DNA from: Verrucomicrobiia bacterium
GTDB lineage: Bacteria > Verrucomicrobiota > Verrucomicrobiia > Verrucomicrobiales > DEV007
DNA length: 62,805 bases
Direction of reading: 5' to 3'
Assembly (NCBI GenBank): GCA_020439925.1
Contig: JAGRPC010000023.1
Coordinates: forward strand, 1 to 62,805
Shown piece by piece: positions 9,614-19,896 of this stretch. Within the stretch, counting starts at the first letter, position 1. Each line of letters begins with the position of its first letter. The notes beneath the pieces are model-generated. The model searched no databases. It was not told the origin of the DNA and saw nothing but the letters and a program-made list of their open reading frames with translations. A program made the translations under genes and the position numbers.

Positions 9614-9949
9614 TTATAAAATCGGAATCGACCAATATTGGTTTACAATTTCTTTCGAAGTTCTAATTGAGTCGTTATTCAATCGATCGGAATCAACAAA
9701 CAAATATATTTCGAGGGTCCTGAACTGAGACGTTAGACATGAATTTACTCGATTCTTTAAAAGTCTTTCATCTTTCGTGGCTAGGTTACGAACGCCTTCC
9801 AGCTTAATTGCGACTTCAGAGACCAATGCGGCTTGCTCAATGAGTGCATTCTGAACTGGATGCAACCACCTTAGGAACACAAATACGGCCAAAAGCAATG
9901 AAATCTGACCGATTACCAACCCTTTATAAAAATCCAAAGTCACTTTCAT
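9614..9949 (-). CDS. Putative immunity protein for Rhs module 1 (N-terminal TM)
   Basis: AT-rich small ORF immediately downstream of the toxin CT. Confidence 0.65.
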   Translation of the reverse strand: MKVTLDFYKGLVIGQISLLLAVFVFLRWLHPVQNALIEQAALVSEVAIKLEGVRNLATKDERLLKNRVNSCLTSQFRTLEIYLFVDSDRLNNDSIRTSKEIVNQYWSIPIL

Positions 9950-9955
9950 TATCTA

Positions 9956-11746
9956 CTAACTGTCGCACGGTGATCCACCGGACCATTCTCCCTCTGCAGG
10001 CGCCTTCGGTCCAAGTTTTCTCATTATTTCACCCAATCTTCCGGCTAAGCTTTCCGATGGAGCGAAAGGTTTAGTCATTTTTACGGCATCACCTATCTTG
10101 TCTCCCAATAAATCCGCAAAACCCGTAGGAAGCGGTAGATCAGTTCCTACACTAGGAATTGCCCAATTTTCATCTTCGGTTGGAACTTCGTATTCATATT
10201 CATATTGCCTCTGTCCTGATCTATAACAAATCTTTCCATCGCAAATGCATTTAATTTCCGTCGTTGTCGTCCATTTGAATATGACTTTTTCAATTGCAAT
10301 AATTTGAGTTCCTCTTTGAGGTTTACCTCCTTGCGAGACTGGATCAATTTCCAGCTCCCATTTACCATCACTAGTTTTCCAAAACGGCGGCCCATCTTCT
10401 TCGCAGGTCAATCCGAGGTAGTCAAGATCGTTTACTCCGCCATTCCCTCCGTATCTATACAAATTGAGCCCTCCCCGCTCCCCTATCGGATCCCGATTGA
10501 TCCATCTTCCCAGCATTGGAACGTAGAAACGGTAGCCGTAGTTATACCAACCGGTCTCCCCGTCCCGGAACTGTCCTTGGAACCCGAAGTCCCAGGCGTA
10601 GCCGGAGGTGGGGCGCGGCGAAAAGTCCGACGCCATGATCCGGCGGACGCCGAAGGCCGAGTAGGCGTAGCGCTCCAGAACAGTCCCGGAGGTGTTCAAC
10701 ACCGAGATCCCGTTGAAGTAGTCCATCGTCGCGTAGAGACGCTCATCGAGCGTGCCGTTGCCATCGGTGTCACGGTCACGGAGGACCAGCTCATCCCGGT
10801 GGCCGGGACGTTCACCCCACAGGTAGGAGCGGGCGGCGGAAGTTGCGGAGCCGACCCGCTCTTCCATGGGCTTCCAGCGGTCGCCCCAGTAGGTGTGGGT
10901 GGTTACTTCGTCGACGGTTCTCGTAATGCGGCGGCTAAGGCCGTCATATGAATACTCTCCGACAAGATGAATCCAATCGTCTCCTTCTGTTTCAACACGA
11001 ACGATTCGATTCCAGGCGTCCCAAATCACGTTGAGGAAAGGTTCACCGTTCACACTCTCGCCCGGAGGAAGTTTCGTCGCATTGCCGGCTCGGTCATAGG
11101 AGAGCAGGGCGCTGCTCCCGTCGATCTGGGTGAGCTGGTTGTCCTGGTTGTTCGAACGGCTCTGATCGAGCACAACTGAACCGTTCGCGTTTTTGCGATA
11201 ACCCAGCCAGTTGCCGGTGGGATCGTATTCAAAATCCTCCGTCTCCCCCGGAACACCCCCGACGGTGGTGCGGTTGGTGTTCAAGGTTCCCACCGCGTCC
11301 CGGATGACCTGATACAGGCCGTCGTAGCCGTAGGACTCGTCCTGGCCGCTTGCTGCCACGAGGTTCTTCTTCCAGGTCCGATTGGAGGCTTCGTTGTAGC
11401 CCCATTGCCAGGCATCGATGGGCGTGCCGGTGGAACTGTTCTGCCAGCGCATCTCCTGCACCCGCCCGAAGTGGTCATAGCCGTCGTAGGGATCGCCAGA
11501 GTCACCTTCGCTGCCTCCGCCGGGACGGATCATGGACATTTCGACTCCGGGTTGGGGGTAAGCGACCTTCACGAAGCGGCCCAGCCCTGCTCTCGAATAC
11601 TCGACCTTGTTGCCGCCCTCCCCAGAGATCGCGGCTGACTTCACCAGCCCGAAGAGGTCGTCGATGCTGTCGCTCGAGCCGTAGCCGAGGTTCACCACCC
11701 GGCCGTTGGGGTATGTCATCGAGGTTCGACGTGCCGTGTTGCTCAT
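9956..11746 (-). CDS. Rhs C-terminal module 1 (YD repeats + RHS core + Cys-containing CT)
   Basis: Starts MSNTARR; RWINRDPIG...LDYLGL autoproteolysis signature; unique AT-rich CT. Confidence 0.9.
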   Translation of the reverse strand: MSNTARRTSMTYPNGRVVNLGYGSSDSIDDLFGLVKSAAISGEGGNKVEYSRAGLGRFVKVAYPQPGVEMSMIRPGGGSEGDSGDPYDGYDHFGRVQEMRWQNSSTGTPIDAWQWGYNEASNRTWKKNLVAASGQDESYGYDGLYQVIRDAVGTLNTNRTTVGGVPGETEDFEYDPTGNWLGYRKNANGSVVLDQSRSNNQDNQLTQIDGSSALLSYDRAGNATKLPPGESVNGEPFLNVIWDAWNRIVRVETEGDDWIHLVGEYSYDGLSRRITRTVDEVTTHTYWGDRWKPMEERVGSATSAARSYLWGERPGHRDELVLRDRDTDGNGTLDERLYATMDYFNGISVLNTSGTVLERYAYSAFGVRRIMASDFSPRPTSGYAWDFGFQGQFRDGETGWYNYGYRFYVPMLGRWINRDPIGERGGLNLYRYGGNGGVNDLDYLGLTCEEDGPPFWKTSDGKWELEIDPVSQGGKPQRGTQIIAIEKVIFKWTTTTEIKCICDGKICYRSGQRQYEYEYEVPTEDENWAIPSVGTDLPLPTGFADLLGDKIGDAVKMTKPFAPSESLAGRLGEIMRKLGPKAPAEGEWSGGSPCDS

Positions 11747-11855
11747 GGGGTCTGGTTTCGTGAACAAGGGCGGAGTTGCCCGTCGTGAAGGTTTGTGGAT
11801 TCAACTTTCTAGGACGGCCGCCATCTTCGTCTATTTGGACTGCCTCCGTCTATTT

Positions 11856-12344
11856 CTACCATGTGAACGGCTCCCTCAAACTTCGTAGAAACCTTTCTTG
11901 GTACTCATTCTCATTCATTCTCATTTCGATGATCATGTCTCCTTCAACGACACTCACTTGATACGAAATAAGGTTTATTCCATTTAATAGTGCCTCAAGT
12001 TTATCACCAAACTCATCGTCGAATAAAACTTTTTCACCTGTTTTTGGGGCCGTCGCAGAAACTTTAGTTGTGCCTGGTTCATTCAAAAGATCCATAACAA
12101 CATAATCTTCTATCTTGAAATTCACTTCGCCGTTCAGCTTTTTTTCAAGTGATTCGAGCACATCTGACAGGGTCATTCGGGGAATCGCTTCCGACATCAA
12201 CCGGCGTCGAGACTTCTCGAGATTTGAAACCGATCTGAATGTGTAAAGAATATGAAATTCACACAAAAGCCAAACTGCAATGAAAATAGAAATGAGGATT
12301 GATGAAGTCCATGCAAATAAATTTCTTGCCGCCGATTTAATCAT
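11856..12344 (-). CDS. Putative immunity protein for Rhs module 2 (N-terminal TM)
   Basis: ATGA overlap with toxin stop; AT-rich. Confidence 0.7.
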   Translation of the reverse strand: MIKSAARNLFAWTSSILISIFIAVWLLCEFHILYTFRSVSNLEKSRRRLMSEAIPRMTLSDVLESLEKKLNGEVNFKIEDYVVMDLLNEPGTTKVSATAPKTGEKVLFDDEFGDKLEALLNGINLISYQVSVVEGDMIIEMRMNENEYQERFLRSLREPFTW

Positions 12345-14152
12345 TTCCCCAAGCAATCATCGTTCGCTTTGTCTTGTGCCTCTTTGATTGCTTTCGCGAG
12401 TGCTCGGCTGAGAGAAGCCCATCCGTCTTCAAGATTAAGCCGTGGACTCTGGATATTTTGCGTTTTCGTTGGTCCAGGACGTCCGCATTCGCAGCATTGA
12501 TATTCTTGTTTTCCGCTCCAATGTACAAACTTGAATCCACCTGGACCGGAGTATGCGTCGGCTGCCTCCTTCAATTTGTCAACTATCACATCGCCAGCGG
12601 CTTTACCAGTTCCCGAGGCACTTCCTGCGGCGTTGGAACCGGCTCCGGAGAGGAAATCTACAACACTCCCTCCAGCGGCGGGACCGAAGTTTCCGAGCGC
12701 CTCCATTAGTTCAGTCATAAGTTCAGCGATTTCCTTGTCGTTTTTTCCGACCGCGCTTTCTCCTTCTGGTAGCAACGCAATATCAGATTGACCTCCCATC
12801 AAGATTGACTCTCCGTTGCTGCAAAGACCTAGGTAGTCCAAACGATTTATCGGTTTATTGTATGTGAATCGATACAGATTGAACCCACCTAGTTCTTTGA
12901 TTGGATCCCTGTTGATCCACCTCCCCACCAGAGGAACAAATACCCGATAGCCGTAGTTATACCATCCGTTCGCCTCATCCCGGATCTGACCTTGGAACCC
13001 GAAGTCCCAGTCGATGTCCGAGGTGGTCCTCGGCGTGTAGTTTGGTGCCATGACCCGACGTACCCCGAACGCACTGTAGGCGTAGCGCTCCTGCACCACT
13101 CCGGACGTGTTCAGCACCGCCGTCCCGTTGAAGTAGTCCATTGTCGCGAAGAGTCGCTCGTCGAGGCTCCCGTCGCCATTGGTGTCCCGGTCCCGCAGGA
13201 CCAGCTCGTCGCGGTGGCCGGGGCGCTCGCCCCAGAGGTAGGAGCGGGAAGCGGCGGTCGCGGAAGCCACCCGCTCTTCCAAGGGCTTCCAACGGTCGCT
13301 CCAATAGGTGTGGGTCACCGTCCCTCCGGACTCCTTCGTGATCCGGCGAGTCAAGCCATCGTAGGCGTTCTTCTGCACGCTGGTCCCGTTTTCGTCCTTC
13401 ACCTCGACGAGCCGGTTCCACGCGTCCCAGGTGTTCGCGAAATGCTTCGTCCAGTCGCCTCCGGTTCCTGGACGAGTCTTCGTCGCGTTCCCGGCTCGGT
13501 CGTATTCGACGCCTTGGCTCGATCCGTCGATCTGCGTCAACTGGTTGTCCTGATTGTTTGAGCGGGTCCGGTCCAGGACGGGTGCGCCGTTCTCGTCCTT
13601 GCGGTAGCCCAGCCAGTTCCCGGTGGGGTCGTAGGTAAAATCCTCCTCCTCACTGGGCACTCCGCCGATGGCGGTGCGGTTGGTGTTCAAGGTTCCCACG
13701 GCGTCACGGACGACCTGATAGAGGCCGTCGTAGCCGTAGGCTTCGTCTTGCCCGGAGGAAGCAACGAGGTTCTTCTTCCACGTCCGATTGGAAGCCTCGT
13801 TGAAGCCCCATTGCCAGGCATCGATGGGGGTGCCCGTGAAACTGCTCTGCCAGCGCATCTCCTGCACCCGCCCGAAGCGGTCGTAACCGTCGTAGGGGTC
13901 GCCCGAATCACCCTCCAATCCCCCTCCGGGGCGGATCATGCTCATCTCCACAGCAGGCTGCGGGTAGGCGATCTTGACGAATCGGCCCAGGCCCGCACGG
14001 GTATATTCCACCTTGTTGCCACTCTCGCCGGAGATCGCCGCGCTCTTCACGAGGCTGAAGAGATCGTCAATCGATCCCGTCGAGCCATAGTCCAGGTTCA
14101 CCACCCGGCCATTCGGGTAGGTCAGCGATGTGCGCCGGGACGTGTTGCTCAT
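12341..14152 (-). CDS. Rhs C-terminal module 2 (Gly/Ala-rich helical CT)
   Basis: Starts MSNTSRR; RDPIKE...LDYLGL; unique CT. Confidence 0.9.
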   Translation of the reverse strand: MSNTSRRTSLTYPNGRVVNLDYGSTGSIDDLFSLVKSAAISGESGNKVEYTRAGLGRFVKIAYPQPAVEMSMIRPGGGLEGDSGDPYDGYDRFGRVQEMRWQSSFTGTPIDAWQWGFNEASNRTWKKNLVASSGQDEAYGYDGLYQVVRDAVGTLNTNRTAIGGVPSEEEDFTYDPTGNWLGYRKDENGAPVLDRTRSNNQDNQLTQIDGSSQGVEYDRAGNATKTRPGTGGDWTKHFANTWDAWNRLVEVKDENGTSVQKNAYDGLTRRITKESGGTVTHTYWSDRWKPLEERVASATAASRSYLWGERPGHRDELVLRDRDTNGDGSLDERLFATMDYFNGTAVLNTSGVVQERYAYSAFGVRRVMAPNYTPRTTSDIDWDFGFQGQIRDEANGWYNYGYRVFVPLVGRWINRDPIKELGGFNLYRFTYNKPINRLDYLGLCSNGESILMGGQSDIALLPEGESAVGKNDKEIAELMTELMEALGNFGPAAGGSVVDFLSGAGSNAAGSASGTGKAAGDVIVDKLKEAADAYSGPGGFKFVHWSGKQEYQCCECGRPGPTKTQNIQSPRLNLEDGWASLSRALAKAIKEAQDKANDDCLGK

Positions 14153-14240
14153 GAGTTCAGTGAGATGCGTAGCTGAAGCTAGAATCGGAATCGGTATCTG
14201 GACCACTCGTGATGTTCTTCGTATAGGGAGATTGCTAGTA

Positions 14241-14621
14241 TCATCGATTTCTGTTCTCGCTAATTATTTCAATCGCCTCAATTAAACTAATATCGTCAGT
14301 CAGCTTAGACCTGGCTTGCGACTGAACCCAATCAAATCTGAAGTCGAATTCGTAGTTAGAAATTGCTCGAAGCTCGTTTCCAAGGAGATCATTCGGACGC
14401 AAAAATCCAATTTTTGTCGATGCTTGATTAGATACCTCTTTCAAGAGGCCGATTAGCCAAGATTTTTGGTATCTCCCCATTGGATCAAAGAGTTTTATGA
14501 TTTCGTCATCAGTCAAACATGCTCGATGGCCTAGAATTCGCTTCCTAGAACGTCGGAGATTTACTTGCAACCATACCCCAAACATGGCTAAAGCTACGAA
14601 AATCACCAAGACGAAAATCAT
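14241..14621 (-). CDS. Putative immunity protein for Rhs module 3 (N-terminal TM)
   Basis: MIFVLVIFVALAMFGVWL TM helix then basic stretch; directly downstream of CT. Confidence 0.7.
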   Translation of the reverse strand: MIFVLVIFVALAMFGVWLQVNLRRSRKRILGHRACLTDDEIIKLFDPMGRYQKSWLIGLLKEVSNQASTKIGFLRPNDLLGNELRAISNYEFDFRFDWVQSQARSKLTDDISLIEAIEIISENRNR

Positions 14622-14629
14622 GACTGCCG

Positions 14630-16465
14630 TCAGAATAATGTTGGATCAAAGACGCAAATATGAGCACAGGATATCGCCAAGCCCTCCAGGTATCCAGCGG
14701 ATCCTGCTGCAAGAGCCGCGCCAAGGGGCGCAGCGGCGCGACCAAACAAACGCATCCCCCTGCCTCCGCCAAATGACATCATACTTGGAATAGTGGTCCA
14801 AATAGGGCCAGAAATTCCCCCCTTAGAAACTCCTTTGCCAAATAATGGCTTAACAGGGAGTGGTGCGACAAGAAGCGAAACACCTAGTGCCCCCATAGCA
14901 ATATCAGCTCTGTGATAAGCCATGCAGTTTATAAAACACTCCGAAAATGGAGAGTGCCCACCTCCGCCGCCACCTCCAAGTGGCTTGCCACCACCTCTAC
15001 CACCACCGGGCTTGCCACCACCGCCGCAATTCATACTCAACTTAGCATTTCGGCAATCCGCAAGACATTCCTCCCTGTCTCCGGGCTGAGGAAAGCATCC
15101 TTGGCATTGATCGTCGCATGGAACGCATGTCCAAAGTCCGAAGCGGTCGAACTTGTTGGTGGAATCATTATACGAGAAAGTATAAAGACCAACAATGCTC
15201 CCGTCTTCTCCAATCGGATCTCTGTTGATCCACCTGCCGAGAAGCGGGACGTAGAACCTATAGCCGTAGTTGCTCCACCCCGTCTCATTATCGCGGAACT
15301 GCCCCTGGAATCCGAAGTCCCAAGCATGGCTGGAGGTGCTTCGCGGAGTGAAGTCCGCCGCCATGATCCAACGGACGCCGAAGGCCGAGTAGGCGTAGCG
15401 TTCCAGGATCGTTCCCGAGGTGTTCAAGATGGCCGTCCCGTTGAAGTAGTCCATCGTCACGTAGAGACGCTCGTCGAGACTCCCGTTGCCGTCGGTGTCC
15501 CGGTCGCGGAGGATCAGCTCGTCCCGGTGCCCGGGACGCTCACCCCACAGGTAGGAGCGGGCAGCGGTGGTTGCGGAGCCAATCCGCTCCTCCAAGGGCT
15601 TCCAACGGTCACTCCAGTAGGTGTGGGTCACCACACTGGAAGCCTCTTTCGTGATCCGGCGAGAGAGGCCATCATAGGCGTTCTTCTGCACGCTCGCCCC
15701 AGTCTCATCCTTGACCTCCACGAGCCGGTTCCACGCGTCCCATACCGGCTGGTAGCTTTTGCTCCAGTCTCCGTTCGTTCCAGGCGCGGTCTTCGTCGCA
15801 TTGCCGGCTCGGTCATAGGAGAGCAGGATGCTGCTCCCGTCGATCTCGGTGAGCTGGTTGTCCTGGTTGTTGGAACGGGTTTGATTGATGATCATCGAAC
15901 CATTCGCGTCCCGGCGATATCCCAGCCAGTTGCCGGTGGGATCGTAGGCGAAGTCCTCTTCTTCTCCCGGAACACCCCCAATGGCGGTGCGGTTGGTGTT
16001 CAAGGTTCCCACCGCGTCCCGGATGACCTGATACAGGCCGTCGTAGCCGTAGGACTCGTCCTGGCCGCTTGCTGCCACGAGGTTCTTCTTCCACGTCCGA
16101 TTGGATGCTTCGTTGTAGCCCCATTGCCACGCATCGATGGGCGTGCCGGTGGAACTGCTCTGCCAGCGCATCTCCTGTACCCGCCCGAAGCGGTCGTAAC
16201 CGTCGTAGGGATCGCCGGAGTCGCCCTCCGATTCACCCCCGGGGGGGATCATGCTCATCTCCACGCCGGGCTGGGGATAGGAGATTTTCACGAACCGGCC
16301 CAGGCCGACCCGGGTGTAATCCACCTTGTTTCCGCTCTCCCCGGAGATGGCGGCGGACTTCACCAGGCTGAAAAGGTCGTCGATGCTGTCGCTCGACCCG
16401 TAGCCCAAGTTCACCACACGCCCGTTGGGGTAGGTCACTGAAGTGCGACGGGAAGTGTTGCTCAT
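14630..16465 (-). CDS. Rhs C-terminal module 3 (Cys-rich + hydrophobic, possible membrane-active CT)
   Basis: Starts MSNTSRR; RDPIGE...FDRFGL; CT has Gly linker and hydrophobic small-residue helices. Confidence 0.9.
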   Translation of the reverse strand: MSNTSRRTSVTYPNGRVVNLGYGSSDSIDDLFSLVKSAAISGESGNKVDYTRVGLGRFVKISYPQPGVEMSMIPPGGESEGDSGDPYDGYDRFGRVQEMRWQSSSTGTPIDAWQWGYNEASNRTWKKNLVAASGQDESYGYDGLYQVIRDAVGTLNTNRTAIGGVPGEEEDFAYDPTGNWLGYRRDANGSMIINQTRSNNQDNQLTEIDGSSILLSYDRAGNATKTAPGTNGDWSKSYQPVWDAWNRLVEVKDETGASVQKNAYDGLSRRITKEASSVVTHTYWSDRWKPLEERIGSATTAARSYLWGERPGHRDELILRDRDTDGNGSLDERLYVTMDYFNGTAILNTSGTILERYAYSAFGVRWIMAADFTPRSTSSHAWDFGFQGQFRDNETGWSNYGYRFYVPLLGRWINRDPIGEDGSIVGLYTFSYNDSTNKFDRFGLWTCVPCDDQCQGCFPQPGDREECLADCRNAKLSMNCGGGGKPGGGRGGGKPLGGGGGGGHSPFSECFINCMAYHRADIAMGALGVSLLVAPLPVKPLFGKGVSKGGISGPIWTTIPSMMSFGGGRGMRLFGRAAAPLGAALAAGSAGYLEGLAISCAHICVFDPTLF

Positions 16466-16630
16466 GGGGCAGGGTTGGTGGATTAAGGATAAGGAAAAAC
16501 AGGTGCCAACGATATTGGAGCATGAAACCGTAACAGCAGTTTCGAATTGATGAGTAGTTGGTTTGGGCGCGGCCAAATTTACATGCCATGAATATGCGAC
16601 AGATCACTGTTGAGGGCGCACTTTATATCT

Positions 16631-17080
16631 TTACTGATTGATGGTTTCATCTTCAAGCACCTTCCAAACGCGTTCGAACATCGCGGCAGCTGTACGATTC
16701 TCACCTGATAGTTCCTTGGTGCCGACATTATTCAATCTTACGTTCATGCCACGCCATTCAATAATTCTGAATTCACCGTCCGGAACACTTTGGCCGATTT
16801 CAAACGAATTCCCTTTACTAAAGAGATTGTCAAGCAATGCGGCTAATTCTGCGGCTAACTCAGCCCTGACGGTCACCACTATAGGTGTTGAATTTCGATG
16901 TTTAAATTCACCTTCCAGCGAATGGAGATTAAGATAGGCATCCCATGAATCTGGATATGAAACTTGCGAGAATTGAACGGTGTCAGGACGCCTTATATGC
17001 ATGCAAGATTGAAATGGCAGAGTTAACAAAATCGTCAACGCTAAGGCGGCATGAGAGGGAATTCTTACAAGATATGTCAT
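16631..17080 (-). CDS. Putative immunity lipoprotein for Rhs module 4
   Basis: Hydrophobic leader ending FQSC (lipobox-like); downstream of CT. Confidence 0.65.
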   Translation of the reverse strand: MTYLVRIPSHAALALTILLTLPFQSCMHIRRPDTVQFSQVSYPDSWDAYLNLHSLEGEFKHRNSTPIVVTVRAELAAELAALLDNLFSKGNSFEIGQSVPDGEFRIIEWRGMNVRLNNVGTKELSGENRTAAAMFERVWKVLEDETINQ

Positions 17081-17137
17081 CTTAGTAGATTATGATATTC
17101 ACCCACTGTACATAGTTACCATTTGAAAATCCGGGCC

Positions 17138-18910
17138 TCACCCTCTTCTTTGCATCCATCCGTGTGTCTTCCATCCGTAGCCTTTGAGTTGATCGAGACG
17201 TTCATCGATCTCATCTTCACATCGCGGATCGCCCTCACACTCCTTTTTGCATTTCTTCAAGCATTGTCTCTCAGCCATCGCTGCAGCTCCTTCAGAAATT
17301 TTTGGGCTTTTTCCTTTCTTCCAACCCGGTCGCTCCAAACCGTCGCCCGAACAATCAACATCATCATGATGCTTGTCTTCATGTTCCTTCACACATCGCT
17401 GAATGCATGATGTTCCTTTTGTTGGGGGGCCTTGCTGACCTGGTCCCACGTTCGGAATCCAGCTGCAACTGTATTTTTGGCCACCGCAGCAAATGACTCC
17501 TCCTCCATCATTTCCAGCAAGCGAAGCGTCCTCAGCTGCCTTGCAAGGATCGCAACAATCAGGCGGGCCATCGGTTGGTTCTAATCCTAGAAAATCGGCA
17601 ACATCTAAGGCTGCATTACTGACAAACGTATAAAGGTTCTCCCCTCCACTTTCCCCGATGGGATCCCGATTGATCCACCTGCCAAGGAGCGGGACGTAGA
17701 ACCGGTAGCCGTAGTTGTACCAGCCCGTCTCCGCGTCCCGAAACTGCCCCTGGAAGCCGAAGTCCCAAGCATGGCTGGAGGTGCTTCGCGGGGAGAAGTC
17801 CGCCGCCATGATCCGGCGGACGCCGAAGGCTGAGTAGGCGTAACGTTCCATCACGGTTCCAGAGGCATTCAGAACCGCCGTCCCGTTGAAGTAGTCCATC
17901 GTCGCGTAGAGACGCTCGTCGAGCGTTCCGTTGCCGTCGGTGTCCCGGTCCCGCAGGACCAGGTCGTCCCGGTGCCCGGGACGCTCGCCCCAGAGGTAGG
18001 AGCGGGCGGCTGAGGTCGATACGCCCGTCCGGTCCTCGAGCGGCTTCCAACGGTCGCTCCAGTAGGTGTGGGTCACTACGCTTGAGGCCTCCTTGGTGAT
18101 GCGCCGGGTCAGTCCGTCGTAAGCATTCTTCTGCACGGATGCCCCAGTCTCGTCCTTGACCTCCACCAGCCGGTTCCACGCGTCCCACACGGGCTGGTAG
18201 CTCTTGCTCCAGTCTCCGTTCGTTCCGGGTGCGGTCTTCGTCGCATTGCCGGCACGGTCGTAGGAGAGCAGGGAACTGCTCCCGTCGATCTGGGTCAACT
18301 GGTTGTCCTGGTTGTTGGAGCGGCTCTGATCGAGGACGACTGAACCGTTCATATCCTTCCGGTAGCCCAGCCAGTTGCCGGATGGATCGTATTCAAAATC
18401 CTCCTCCTCACCGGGAACGCCCCCGACGGCGGTGCGGTTCGTGTTCAAGGTTCCCACCGCATCCCGGATCACCTGATACAGGCCGTCGTAGCCGTAGGCT
18501 TCATCCTGACCGCTGGCAGCAACGAGGTTCTTCTTCCACGTCCGGTTGGACGCTTCGTTGTAGCCCCACTGCCAGGCGTCAATGGCCGTGCCGCTGGAGC
18601 TACTTTGCCAGCGCATCTCCTGCACCCGGCTGAAGCGGTCATAGCCGTCGTAAAGGTCTCCGGAGTCTCCCATGCTTCCGCCACCGGGGCGGATCATGCT
18701 CATCTCCACCCCAGGCTGCGGGTAGGCGATCTTGACGAATCGGCCCAGGCCTGCACGGGTGTATTCCACCTTGGTGCCGCTCTCGCCGGAAATCGCAGCG
18801 CTCTTCACGAGGCTGAAGAGGTCGTCAAGCGATCCGGTCGAGCCATAGCCCAGATTCACCACCCGGCCGTTCGGGTAGGTCATCGATGTGCGCCTTGCGG
18901 TGTTACTCAT
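17138..18910 (-). CDS. Rhs C-terminal module 4 (Cys-rich CT with HExxH zincin-like motif)
   Basis: Starts MSNTARR; RDPIGE...ADFLGL; HEDKH plus downstream SEGAA. Confidence 0.9.
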   Translation of the reverse strand: MSNTARRTSMTYPNGRVVNLGYGSTGSLDDLFSLVKSAAISGESGTKVEYTRAGLGRFVKIAYPQPGVEMSMIRPGGGSMGDSGDLYDGYDRFSRVQEMRWQSSSSGTAIDAWQWGYNEASNRTWKKNLVAASGQDEAYGYDGLYQVIRDAVGTLNTNRTAVGGVPGEEEDFEYDPSGNWLGYRKDMNGSVVLDQSRSNNQDNQLTQIDGSSSLLSYDRAGNATKTAPGTNGDWSKSYQPVWDAWNRLVEVKDETGASVQKNAYDGLTRRITKEASSVVTHTYWSDRWKPLEDRTGVSTSAARSYLWGERPGHRDDLVLRDRDTDGNGTLDERLYATMDYFNGTAVLNASGTVMERYAYSAFGVRRIMAADFSPRSTSSHAWDFGFQGQFRDAETGWYNYGYRFYVPLLGRWINRDPIGESGGENLYTFVSNAALDVADFLGLEPTDGPPDCCDPCKAAEDASLAGNDGGGVICCGGQKYSCSWIPNVGPGQQGPPTKGTSCIQRCVKEHEDKHHDDVDCSGDGLERPGWKKGKSPKISEGAAAMAERQCLKKCKKECEGDPRCEDEIDERLDQLKGYGWKTHGWMQRRG

Positions 18911-18958
18911 GGGGTTGGATAATCGCTCTGGATAGATGCTCGATTGTTGAGGATGATG

Positions 18959-19456
18959 TTATCTCGATAAAGTTGAATTCCGCAAATCACCGTCGAGGAA
19001 GAGGCCTCCATTCGCCGAGGTGAAGGCAAAGCGGGTCAGCTTGCCGGTTGCCTTGACCTTCATCCCGGCCCGCGCCTTGTCGAGAAACACTTGCTCGGTA
19101 GGCGGCAGCATCACCCAAAGGCGGACAGTAAAGTCGAGGCCCGAGACATCGACGGGCATGTCGCGCACGCCGATGCGGATCTTGTCGGTGTTGTCCGCCT
19201 CGCCGGCCCAGGGCGCCCACTCGCCGAGTTCGACTTCAATGGTGACCGTTTTACCCACCGCGTCGCGCTGGAGGATCTCGTTGGCCGTGCGGCGGGCCGC
19301 TTCGATTTGGCTGGGTTGTTTCAGATCTTTGGTCACCTCGCGGGGGAGGAGGGCGATGACGTCCTTCAGCGAGGCGAAGTCCGGTTTGGCGGGGGCTTGG
19401 GCGTGGAGGATCGGGGCAAGGAGGAGAAAGAGGATGGTGAGGGTCACCGCGTTCAT
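18959..19456 (-). CDS. Secreted hypothetical protein inserted in the Rhs array
   Basis: MNAVTLTILFLLLAPILHA-Q signal peptide; GC-rich unlike neighbouring immunity genes. Confidence 0.7.
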   Translation of the reverse strand: MNAVTLTILFLLLAPILHAQAPAKPDFASLKDVIALLPREVTKDLKQPSQIEAARRTANEILQRDAVGKTVTIEVELGEWAPWAGEADNTDKIRIGVRDMPVDVSGLDFTVRLWVMLPPTEQVFLDKARAGMKVKATGKLTRFAFTSANGGLFLDGDLRNSTLSR

Positions 19457-19533
19457 AATGTTGGGTGTTTGTGAGAGTCTAGAAATGTTGCAAAACCCCA
19501 GAATCTTCGAAGGCAAACGGAGGCAACAGTCTC

Positions 19534-19896
19534 TTACGAGTCAAAAAATTCATTTGATGCAATACGTAGAGCCTCCTGAAATGCCTTTTGGAGAAGTGGG
19601 GGGGACGTCAATAGCTTTCGCAAATCAAAGATCTTGTCTCCTTCAATCAAACGACTATTCGAATCGTCAATTAACACAAAATCCCACCTCTTAGAATGGT
19701 TCTTGTCATAAGTGTTCCTCAATTCAACAGCCGTGGGTGAAATTTTGGTGTGGCTATATCGCGAGGAGTAAAACCTGCCGTCATTGTCTTGCATCAAGAT
19801 AATCACAAAATCTTTATCAAACTTGATATAAGTTTGAACCTGATCCAAGCCCGAGTGAACCCAATCCCCAAGAAGTTTCATTATATCTATTCCCAC
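19534..19896 (-). CDS. Putative immunity protein for Rhs module 5
   Basis: Overlaps toxin 3' end; AT-rich, beta-rich 120 aa. Confidence 0.65.
   Translation of the reverse strand: MGIDIMKLLGDWVHSGLDQVQTYIKFDKDFVIILMQDNDGRFYSSRYSHTKISPTAVELRNTYDKNHSKRWDFVLIDDSNSRLIEGDKIFDLRKLLTSPPLLQKAFQEALRIASNEFFDS

Noticed and set aside
11747-16576. Longer ORF-track starts for Rhs modules 1-3
   Set aside because: Upstream extensions are unrelated to each other; homology begins at the MSNT ATG
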